Of a stretch of 64,000 nucleotides of DNA, positions 11,549-23,017 are shown piece after piece; the first letter of the stretch is position 1; each line of letters begins with the position of its first letter. A program made the translations under genes and the position numbers. The notes beneath the pieces were generated by a model. That model worked only from the letters and a program-made list of their open reading frames with translations. It had not been told where the DNA came from and did not search any database. Origin of the DNA: Phyllobates terribilis (lineage: Eukaryota); NCBI RefSeq assembly GCF_046119375.1, contig NW_027362764.1, positions 166,904,001-166,968,000 of the forward strand, in the 5' to 3' direction.

Positions 11549-14372
11549 TTCTTGTGCAAAACATGCTGAATATGATTAGAGATAGCCCTGCACCACTGCA
11601 AATGCATGCAGCCAATGACAGCTCAAGCCCAGCCATCAACCCCTCCCAGATCACTTTCGTATGCAAAGGTTCNNNNNNNNNNNNNNNNNNNNNNNNNNNN
11701 NNNNNNNNNNNNNNNNNNNNNNNNNNNNNNNNNNNNNNNNNNNNNNNNNNNNNNNNNNNNNNNNNNNNNNNNNNNNNNNNNNNNNNNNNNNNNNNNNNNN
11801 NTTTAAACAATTTGCACCTTTACGCCAACATACACTATTATTTCCTTAGAATATCAATGTATATAAACTTTTTTTTTCTACAAGCCTCCTTTTTTAATCC
11901 AATATCCAGTGACAGTGTTTATGTTTTGGGTTCTAGATGGCATTATATTATATGGGTTAGTTGTTTTCTATAATTATTTATTCACTTTCATTTATTCTTT
12001 TTTTTTTTTTGTCTATGAAACGATATACTTTCATTACATAAATCTAGATGTGAGTTATACAATGGAAGATGGTTTCAGAATATAAATATGTGATTTGTTA
12101 TATTATGAAAGTGATTCCTGATCAGAATTTAGGAAGAGAAATAAAAAAATTGATTTGGTCATTTCATTAATACCACAAAATATATAACATTGCATCATCT
12201 ACTTAAATAAAACAGATGTGAGATACATTAGCAATTGTAATAATCGATATATTGCTGTACTGAAATACATTACTTAAAATATATATTTTTTAAAAAATTG
12301 TATGCTATAAGCTGCGAGCATTGTTCCATAATGTTTTTTTTTGGTGCTGTATACAACGTGTATTTTGAGGCGGTATATATACAACCTATTTGTTCTGGTG
12401 TCCTAACATCCTTGAGTTTTTGAGCAGAATAAAACTACTTGTGTGAATAGTGTTTACAGTTCTGTGCTGGCATTTTGTTAATATACCTATGTTGTGTCCC
12501 ATTTATTTATAAAGCTATAAGGAAACATGGAGATGATTTGATAAAATATTACTTTCTGCAAACCGCACTGGTGGAATCGGATGTGGTGTGCAAAGTCAGA
12601 GGAATCAGAGGGTTTATTAGTTGATTTAGTATGTAAATCAGTGCAGCATTTTAACCATCCCCAGAGCACTTACCCTTGGCTTTCAGACGTTGTGTAGACA
12701 ACACTAGAGCAAGACCCAGGCTGCCTCTACAAGCACAAGGAAAATATCTGCTTCTTAAACTCTGGGCTACATTTTTATTAGCCTCCACTTGTGGCTTTCT
12801 TCTGGGAAGGGCATATGAAATGAGCAGAGTTCAGATGTTTCTGTAAGAATGGGAAGCCTAGGGGCCCTCTCCAAGGTCTGTGCACTGCTGGATGCTCACT
12901 GCATGCAAGAAGCCTCCCCTCCTTATTGCACCCTAGTAAAACACTTTACTTCTCCTTGTAAAATCTTTTTCTATAATAGCAATGAAACCACCTATTATAT
13001 ATGCATACAGCCTTCTGCAATGCACACTCAGAATTGCTAGAAAACATGGAATTAATAGATCAGCACCATTAACATAATCTGTATTCTGTAAAAAAAAAGT
13101 CTATACCCTACAGGGAGCATGGATAATGCAACATATATTACACAAAAATAACAATTACAAATTGCTGATTAAGTCTTTATGTTAAAGGATTTGATAACAA
13201 CGACAAAAACAAAACAGCAATAACATCCTTAGCAGTTGTAGAGATAATATTAAAAACAAGAGAAAATACTCCTAAAGTATTAAATAGTTGCAGATTAGTC
13301 CAGTGATCCTTAGATAGAATTTATTAGTTATATATGTATTAATTTATGTAGTAATTCATAGTATTCTGGGATATCACACCACGGATGTATGTTAATGCTG
13401 TATGGAGAAACTAAATAAGAAATAAAGTAATAATAAGAAAAAAGTAATAGTAATTGTTAATTTAAAGAAACATAAATAATTTTACATTTTACATTAAGTT
13501 ATAATAATGGAATAGCACTAGCAGTTGAATTGAAGATTCATGTCAAGTACTTAATTTAATATTTAAGGAATATACAATTTTGCCCAATTGAAAAAATGAG
13601 ATTATTTGATGAGAAGCACCATCCGAGAGGTGTTGTCACATGATGTCTCAATGGCCATGTTCAATAGTAAGTCTCATGACTGGTGTGTTGTGTTGTTGTG
13701 TGAATGGGCAGCTGCTTGACACAATTATTATCATTCATGACTTGTGTGTTAGTATGATGGAATATCATAGAGGGATTTACGTGGATATGGAAGATTGGAT
13801 GAGTGCACTTGTGTTTATACAGAGAGATGTGGATGCCTTTTATAGTCAGGCACACGTCTAGTTCATGAAGTTTAATAGCTGAATGCTGTGCGGGATCCAT
13901 TCTTTACTTTAATCACCAACAAAAGCAAGGCAAATAGTAAACTAAGTATCATCAAGCTCAGTCAAGTAAGACTAATACAACACATTTAAATCTTAACTAT
14001 AAACGATAAATGGTCAGTTTGGAGCTTAAAGGAGGGAAAAAAAGCTGCTTTGTGCCAAACTACTTTTTAAATACCGACTGGAATCTCCTTTCAAGAATAA
14101 ATAGATCTTATGTGAATGGAGATTTTCCCCTAGCAGTGGCAGGAGAGAAGCCTGGTGCTCATAATAGGGCTCCCTAGACTTAGCCAAGGATACAAAACAA
14201 TTCGACTGTAAACAAAAAATGCCCCAAAGAGAATGATTACAACAAAAAGCAAACAAGCTATAAGCAATAGGACATGCAATCCAGAGACACATACGTGCGT
14301 CTGATATATATATTATATGAATGTATATATATATATGTATATATGTAAATTAATAGGAAAAATTAGGCATAT

Positions 14373-14412
<40 letters not shown>

Positions 14413-16574
14413 GCACCACATGCACTATCCATATGTCACAGTTTGTATGATTGGTTTCCTGGTCTGTAAGTTGCCTTTGTTCTTATTTTCTCATTTGACA
14501 ACTGTAAACTGTCAAGAATGTGTGCGGTTGCCAAATACTTTTATTTTCCTCTGGACCGGATCCAAGGTGGTGCTTAGAATCAGATGTAGGACTATGTGGT
14601 GCCAAGTTTAGTGACAAATACCTCCTACAAAGAAAAATATCCCAATCCATACCCCACTACAGAAAAACAATATCCCTATCGCCACAAAATAACTACATCA
14701 GAAAATATCAATCTAACCATTTTTTCCATCTATTGATAAGGAGATAAATTAAGGGATGGATGGATAAATGGATAGATACATATATACATAGGTATATAGA
14801 TAGGTCGAGATAGAGATAGATAGATAGAAAGATAGAGATATATAGATAAATAGATGATTAGATAGGTAGACAGATAGATAATAGTAGATAGATGATTAGC
14901 TAGATAGATAGAGAGATAGATGGATAAAAGTAGATAGAACATTATTGAACATGTATTAGTCCACGTCTCATGCCGGTTATGTCTCAATGATGATTAAATA
15001 ATTCACTGATGTATGTATTATTGATGAGTTATGAAGGATACACGTGTGTCTCCATCGTTTGGAAATGCTAGTCAATGGAAATATTATACTTTATTATTTC
15101 TTTTAGCAGCTTCAACTGCATAAATAACAAAAAAAATTAAATTAATGCAGACTTTATATTTTAGTGGGGACAGGATTAAACTTTCAAAATTCATACACTA
15201 GACTACACTGATTTGGAATACATGGACTTGGAGGTTGAGGTAACGGCCCCATAGTGTATAGTATGCAGCTTTGAGGTTGTAGAAATAAATACTACATACT
15301 CCAAATATAAGTATGCATCAATTTAAGGTGATAATTTATAAAGTTTATAACTAAATGTCAAATGTATAGCAACTTAACACAATGTCGCCTTGGAGGCCAG
15401 TTAAAATGTTATCAACACACATATTTCTGTTTAATATTTGCCATTAATTATCCTATTGCATTTATTTTTAATACTTCATAGAGTGTGAGACAATACTGGT
15501 CGTGTAGTTATTGGCTCTTTTACAATATTTATACATTATTTTGGATCAACTTTAAAGAAATACTTAATCTTAAACTCTGTGTCCAGAATGTTATCAAGAA
15601 ATGTAATCACTAGGAGATTGTCATAACAGTGAATGGCGTGAACTATGCAAGGATGCATCACACATGATATTACTGTAACATTACAGGAAATTATTGAGAA
15701 AGTAAACATGAGAAATCTTTGCAACCTTTATTAACTATTTAAAACTTGGGCCAAATGCGGATGTATTTGGGAAATGTATTGCTTTCCAAACCTGCTGATA
15801 TATAAATGTGATGTTAAAGCATTGTGAAATAAATAATTTGAGCTTACAGTTTCTTGGAAATGTGAAAAATTGGAATTGGATTGTTCAGCAAGATATTTAG
15901 TTATTTATATAACTACAAACTCAAAAGTTTATCTTTTATTCTATTATATATATATATTTTTTTTTTCATTTCTCTATTTTTTTTCTCATAACATCTGTTT
16001 TGCATACCATTCAATAGATTGTAAACGCCAGCATACATTTCACATGTTCATCTGCATTGTGGAATTTGGAAAATGTATCTATNNNNNNNNNNNNNNNNNN
16101 NNNNNNNNNNNNNNNNNNNNNNNNNNNNNNNNNNNNNNNNNNNNNNNNNNNNNNNNNNNNNNNNNNNNNNNNNNNNNNNNNNNNNNNNNNNNNNNNNNNN
16201 NNNNNNNNNNNNNNNNNNNNNNNNNNNNNNNNNNNNNNNNNNNNNNNNNNNNNNNNNNNNNNNNNNNNNNNNNNNNNNNNNNNNNNNNNNNNNNNNNNNN
16301 NNNNNNNNNNNNNNNNNNNNNNNNTCCTGAATACAGTGCCCACCCAATTGCTCACCATATCTCCCTCATCCATCATAATAGTGATATTTTTCAGATTTTT
16401 TTTTTGCATTTTCCAAACAAGCAGCTTGTTTTAATCAACTAGTGACTGGCAGACTTTCCTCCTAAAGACACAAAAAAATGTCTGAAGAGTCTCCTCGCTT
16501 GATCAGCAAAGAACAAAAGGCCAATACCTTAGTATTGGCTTCCCTCAGCACAGCGGCTTTGACATTGATCGGCG

Positions 16575-16593
16575 CAGCGCCATCTGGTGGTCA
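16575..16593 (-). promoter_or_regulatory. CTCF motif between HoxA10 and HoxA11
   Basis: Minus strand reads GACCACCAGATGGCGCTG, a full match to the core CCASYAGRKGGCRS. Confidence 0.8.
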
Positions 16594-18892
16594 CATAGTG
16601 GCTTTGCAGAAGCTTTGCTGAATTCTAATAAAGGCATGTACAATGTCCATTGAAGCAACTGTTGGATAGTACTGATATTACTATTTTCTGAGAAATGGCT
16701 GCTTATCCTGTGTTTAGTTTATAGCCTCACATTCCAAATATGCAAATCACAAATCACAGACACGTTTTATTACCAAATTACCTTAGCAACAGTGAGCATG
16801 TTCTTTTATTGGGTCAGACCAAAGACTCTGGCGGATAAACTGCAGGCCTCTAGGGTCTGGAGCATTTGTAAAAGAAGCTAGTTAATATTTAACCCAAAAA
16901 GGAAATATCCTGTAAACGTCTCATTGACATTCTTCTTGCTATCTCATTTCTACATTATCACTCACACTTCTTATTTTAGAATGATGTTGATGTTTGTAGC
17001 CCTCCTTGAATTTCCCATATAAAATAATAAAAGAAAGTACTAAATGCTGTACAAATAGAGGTATGCGTCATGGTGGGCAATGTTTGACATTTCTCTTTTA
17101 GTAAAATATAAACACTAAAGAATTCTGTAAACAATAGGGAGACCACAGAATACTAGACATTCCTCTCAAGGTTATGTGTGATGTCCAACAATAGCTCTAG
17201 AGAAGTTCAAAGCCAAAAAGGTACTAGAAAATAATGAATAAAGTGGGAAAAATCCAATGTAATATGAAAATAATAATAAAAATAAAAAACAATAAAATAA
17301 AATTCCTTGCCTGTTGTTCATTAGCTGTCATAAATAGTATAATTGTAGCTAGTAACCAGTTGAACCCAAGTTACTCAGGTAATACACGAAATAGAGGTTT
17401 GAAAACTTGCATTACCCAAACAAGACCCCTATAATGGATTATGTCACCACAATCATCATGGACAAGACAAGGGATCCATCTCCCAATCAATAGTTCTCAA
17501 TCAGTGACCTTCTTCTTGCTGAGACTGCACAATCAGCAGCATTTACTGAGGAAATCTAATGAGGATGAGAAAATTCTAATATTGTATTTAATCTGCAGCA
17601 TATCAATCATGCATTGCAGGTGCAAATTGAAATCTAGGTAAAAAAAGCCAACACAAATGAAACAATTCAACAAGGTTTATTTGACTTGTGCGCTCTCTTG
17701 CTGTGAACATGCAACCCACTAAGATCTGCATCGAACAAACGCTATATACATATAAAATATTCATCTGTGAAGAAACAATGACATATAGGGACCTCTGTGC
17801 CAAAGATTTTCATTCACCCCACCCCTTCCCCAGTAAACTTCATAAATGCTGAAGAAGTGACAAAACCAACGTTAAACAAGTCATCTGTAGCAAAATGTAA
17901 AAATCACCAGAACAGATGTGTAAAAAGGCGTCTCAACCAAATACCAAATGACATTTATTTACAATTTCTTTTTCTTTTTTTTTAGTAAAACATATGAAGT
18001 ATACATTCAAACGGATAAAGTACAAATAGATTATCATGTACCATAAACTCATATATCATTTCAAATATAATCACTTTTAATAACTTTGGTTCTTTTAGGT
18101 CTTATATATATTTATATATTTAAATGAGATTTCTTCTGACATAAACTATAGCCTGGTCACATCAATTCAGAGTAAAATAATTAATCTGACTGTATTTGGT
18201 ATGAAGAAGGATAAGATATACTATGCAGATTATTGATTATTTCCTCTCTGTGGTGGTTTCATCATTGTCTTGGCTGCTCATTTAAACAGGTTCATTACTA
18301 TAGATAGAAGTTGTCTGATTTGTAACTGTGGCTTTCCACAGGATAGTCACAGACAGGGATTGATATTAGCAATCAAAGTGCATGTCTCATAGACCACATA
18401 TGTAAACTGATCAATAAGGATAAGAACAGGGGAGACAGCAGGACGCTTTGAAATTAAACTATAGAAATACAAGTGACTTTATTTTTTCCCCCCAATTTTC
18501 ATTTTGTTTAATGCAAGTGTGAGAGTATCTGGAGCTGTATGGGCGTGGTGTTATATATGAAAAAGAATGCTAAACACATAGAAAACTTGTAGATCATCCA
18601 AAGGTATTAGGGCATTATAACCGAACTGTTAAATCAAATTGGTCCTTTAAATCCGTACCAAATGTTACTTGTAATACTCTTTGTCCTGTTACATTTACAT
18701 ATAGAAATGTTTGTGTTATTTTTTTTTTCTGATGCCTGCTGCATCCAAGCACAGGAAATGGAGACAGTACTACAACTCTTATCCTCGCCGGATACAAGAG
18801 GCATTACACTCCATAAGGAAGGCTTCCACTTCCTAGAGTTCTGACAGAAATCCACATACCAACCGCCATAGATCCGGGAAATGCTGGTACTC

Positions 18893-19125
18893 TCATAACA
18901 GAGGGTTAGCGGAGTAATACTGCAGTCGGTCCCTGTTAATTTTTTTCTCTTTCATCCTCCTATTCTGAAACCAGATCTTGACTTGTCGGTCGGTTAAATT
19001 GAGCATTCGTGATAATTGTAGCCTTTTTTCTTTGTTTATATAGACACTGAAGAAAAATTCCCTTTCCAGTTCCCTAATTTGATATTTGGTATAAGGACAC
19101 CTCTTTTTACGGGTACGCTGGCCAC
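18893..19125 (-). CDS. HOXA11: Homeobox protein Hox-A11, coding exon 2 (homeodomain)
   Basis: Acceptor tttgctccacag|GT. Translates (S)[76 protein letters not shown]. Confidence 0.97.
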
Positions 19126-19292
19126 CTGTGGAGCAAAAATAAAAACTGTATTGTTACAGATGTATCAGTCTTTCAAAGATAGTCATTTACAGCATGACTG
19201 AAGCCCGAGGGCTGAGGATACCTAACAGTACTGCAGGCAATCCAGGGCAAAAAATCTGCAAGGTACTGATTGCTCTGTGTGCATGATGTTCA

Positions 19293-19305
19293 ATAGATAG
19301 ATGGC

Positions 19306-19386
<81 letters not shown>

Positions 19387-19593
19387 TTGAGGGACACAGT
19401 TCACATACTAAAATTACATATAAAAAAAAATGAAGGCAGCACACCATTTAGGGAAAAAGTAGAAAATGTGATTTAATAGCCCATTTTTTTTTTTTATTAT
19501 TTGGAAGATTGGTCTATGCTTGGAAGGGTTGGCACCCGTATTACTTCATTGTTTGCTAGTGCTGCTTTCAATGTTATTTTTTTCTAGATAGAT

Positions 19594-19631
<38 letters not shown>

Positions 19632-19746
19632 GAGAGAGATAGATAGATAGATAAGAGAGAGAGGGGCGAGTTCATATATTAAAATTACATTATATGTGTG
19701 TATATGAATATAATATATATATTTTTCTAACTGTACACCATAGGTG

Positions 19747-19784
<38 letters not shown>

Positions 19785-20007
19785 AAAAGAAAGGCAGGCA
19801 GCAGTCTAATTGTGAAAAAAAAAATATGAGGACTGTATTAGCCCATCAGATGTGGCAAAGTTGTATATTTTTTCTAATTGTACACAATTAGATAGATAAA
19901 TAGATAGAAGCATTCATATGTAAAAATTATATTATATGTGTATATATAAATGTAATATATATATGTTTGTATGTATATATAAGTGTTCTAACTGTACACA
20001 ATAGGTG

Positions 20008-20054
<47 letters not shown>
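19293..20054. repeat. Series of (GATA)n arrays with duplicated AT-rich flanks in the HoxA11 intron
   Basis: Arrays near 19293, 19590, 19748 and 20008. Flanks ttca(c/t)ata..aaaatta(c/t)at and ttctaactgtacac..taggtggatag recur. Confidence 0.85.
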
Positions 20055-20055
<1 letters not shown>

Positions 20056-20787
20056 TTTCAAGTAATTACAAGTATTGTTGTAGAGCATTGATACATACTA
20101 CAGTATTCAACTACTTTTTTTTTTCTTAATAAATGGAAACATGAACAAGAAAAATAACAAATACAAAAGCAACATTAGAAATATATTTGGAAAACAGCGT
20201 AAAGTACAATTGAAGGAATCATCTATGTGTTACCCCTTCAGCTGGGTATATCCTATCACCCACCACCATATTTAAGTCCACAAATTCCAAGCCTTGCTCC
20301 ATGAAATCAATGCCACAGTGCTGGCTGGTATTTGGCACCCTGCATTAGTGTGCTTGATGCCCATCGCACATTGTTTTGTCGCACATTGTTTTGCCGCATG
20401 CCCCAGCAACACCTGTGTGTCTATCTTTGCTCTCATTGTGGCAGGGAATTCCTGCTGGCAGACCATGATATTAAGCCATGCAGGGTTACTCTGTAATTTT
20501 ATTGGAGCACATTCTTTACTCACTATATTCTCTACAAACCGACCTCAGAGTTTTAAAAGGGGAAAAGGGGGAAGGATTGTCTTAAGGCATCTATTGGTCG
20601 CTGCTATTTCACGGCCAATTTCAGTGCTAAACACGTGATCTTGCCTTTTATAAGAAAGTTTTGTTGAGGGAAATCTAAAGGCCTCCATAAAGCTTATACG
20701 CTTATAAAACAGCATATAAAAGTTTAACAGCGCTGCGCTAGATACAGGCGGTGCGACAGGCAAGGCAGGCGCTGCTCTCATACGTAC

Positions 20788-21409
20788 TGGACACATTGGC
20801 TTTGTCCTCATTGTTGCCGGAAGATGAGTGGGAGCTGCTGTGGCTGCTGCTGCTCTCCGTCCTCCTCTCCTTCTCTTCTGTCTCCCTGCAGGGCTCCGAA
20901 CTTGAAGTTGTGGCAGAGGCTCCTGGCATTTTGTCGCAGTGTTTGTCCACAGAATAATCCGAGGGTTGCTGGCTGCTATTATCCGGGCTGCCATAGGCAG
21001 TCTCAAAGAACTGATCAAAGGCTTGTGGTAGCACCCCATTCCTGCCCACAGTGCTGTAGAAATTGGAGGGCACGTTGGCATTTGGGTGGTAGACATTCGC
21101 GCTGTTTCCCATGGCAGTTGTGCCCGTGCAGTCTCTGTGCATAATGTCATCAGCTGAGTAGCAGTGGGGCAGATTGCTCCTGGGGTGCCACTTAGATGAA
21201 GTGTCAATGGCATACTCCCTGAAGGTAACCTCTCTCACTGGCTGCACCTGGGCTAGGTTGGAGGAGTAGGAGTAGGGCATTGGACGAGAAGATGGGGTCT
21301 GGGGTAAAAAGGAAGGAAGGCTGGAGAAATCAGGACCCGAGACGTAGTAAGTGCAACTTGGCAAGTACATGTTAGAGGAACAAGGAACACGCTCATCAAA
21401 ATCCATCAT
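20788..21409 (-). CDS. HOXA11: Homeobox protein Hox-A11, coding exon 1
   Basis: [44 protein letters not shown]...[25 protein letters not shown]. Donor A|GTACGT at 20788/20787, phase 1. 622 + 233 nt = 284 aa. The start could be the second Met (21406). Confidence 0.96.
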
Positions 21410-21556
21410 TAGGCTACCTCGGGCTGTCCGCATTAGCTGAGCTTAACATGATTCTCTAATGCAGCTGCCTCTTTGAAGCAGATCCGTGAAGTAGAAATTT
21501 GAAGACGTAAGCTGACGTGGAGATCTATCCCCATCCTTAAGCAGGGAGGTGCTGGT

Positions 21557-21570
21557 CATGTGATCACATG
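21557..21570. promoter_or_regulatory. HoxA11 promoter double E-box palindrome
   Basis: Perfect 14-bp palindrome CATGTGATCACATG about 150 nt upstream of the ATG. Confidence 0.5.
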
Positions 21571-21720
21571 GGGAAATTGACAAGCTGAGACTATGGGCCC
21601 TTTTCTTTGTAGCCATCTCAAGGGAAGCAACAGATCGTCACTTGCTCTAGCTTCATAGAGGCATGTAATGTGCAGTGGAACTCAGGCTTTCTACACATCT
21701 GCCTCCTCCAGAGCCATGCC

Positions 21721-23017
21721 GGGGGAGCACTGAGGCTGAGGAAGAACTGAGGCTGAAGGAACACTGAGGCTGAAGGAACACTAAGGCTGGGGGAGCACTG
21801 AGGCAGAGAAAGCACTGAGGCTGAGTGAGCACTGAGGCTGGGTGAGCACTGAGGCTGAAGGAGCACTGAGGCTGAGTGAGCACTGAGGCTGGGTGAGCAC
21901 TGAGGCTGAAGGAGCACTGAGGCTGAGGGTGCACTGAGGCTGAGTGAGCACTGAGGCTGGGTGAGCACTGAGGCTGAAGGAGCACTGAGGCTGAGAGCAC
22001 TGAGGCTGGGTGAGCACTGAGGCTGAAGGAGCACTGAGGCTGAGGGTGCACTGAGACTGAGGGAGCACTGAGACTCGGAGAGCACTGAGGCTGAGGGTAC
22101 TCTGAGGCTGAGTATGCACTGAGACTGGGGGAGCACTGAAGATGAGGGTGCACTGAGGCTAGGAGAGCGCTAAAGTTGAGGGAGCACTGAGAATAAGGGT
22201 GCACTGAGGCTGGGGGAGCACTGAGACAAAGAGTACAGTGAGACTGAGAGTTGCACTAAGGCTGCGGGTGCACTGAGGCTGAGGGAGCACTGATGCTGAG
22301 GGAGAACTGAGGCTGAGTCTGCACTGAGGCTGAGGGAGCACTGAGGCTGAGTCTGCACTGAGGCTGAGGGAGCACTGAGGCTGAGTCTGCACTGAGGCTG
22401 AGGGAGCACTGAGGCTGAGTCTGCACTGAGGCTGAGGGAGCAATGAGGCTGAGTCTGCACTGAGGCTGAGGGAGCCCTGAGGCTGAGTCTGCACTGAGGC
22501 TGAGGGAGCCCTGAGGCTGAGTCTGCGCTTAGGCTGAGGGAGCAATGAGGCTGAGTCTGCACTGAGGCTGAGGGAGCAATGAGGCTGGGGTAGAACTGAG
22601 GCTGAGTGTACACCGAGGCTGAAGCTGCACTGAGGCTGAGGGAGCAATGAGGCTGGGGGAGAACTGAGGCTGAGTCTACACTGAGGCTGAAGCTGCACTG
22701 AGGCTGAGGGAGCACAGAGGCTGAGTCTGCACTGAGGTTAAGGATGCGCCAAGGCTGAGGATGCACTGAGGCTGAGGGAGTACGCAGGCTGAGGATGCAC
22801 TGAGGCTGACTCTACCCTGAGATTGGGGTGCACTGAGGCTGAGTCTGCACTGATGTTGAGGATACACAGAGACTGAGTCTGCACGGAGGCTGACTTTACC
22901 CTAAGATTAGGATGCACTGAGATTAGGATGCACTGAGGTTGAGAATTCACTGAGGATGAGGATGCATTGAGGCTGAGTCTACACTGAGGTTGAGGATACA
23001 CTGAGGCTGAGTCTGCA
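21721..23017. repeat. 17-bp minisatellite GCACTGAGGCTG(N5), roughly 75 units
   Basis: Units such as gcactgaggctgagtga, ...gggtga, ...gaagga, ...gagtct, ...gaggga. Alternating 34-bp dimers in the middle, decaying at both ends. Confidence 0.95.

Noticed and set aside
21721-23017. CRISPR-like appearance of repeat plus variable segment
   Set aside because: The variable part is only 4-5 nt drawn from a few recurring variants, with no unique spacers or cas genes, in a vertebrate locus.
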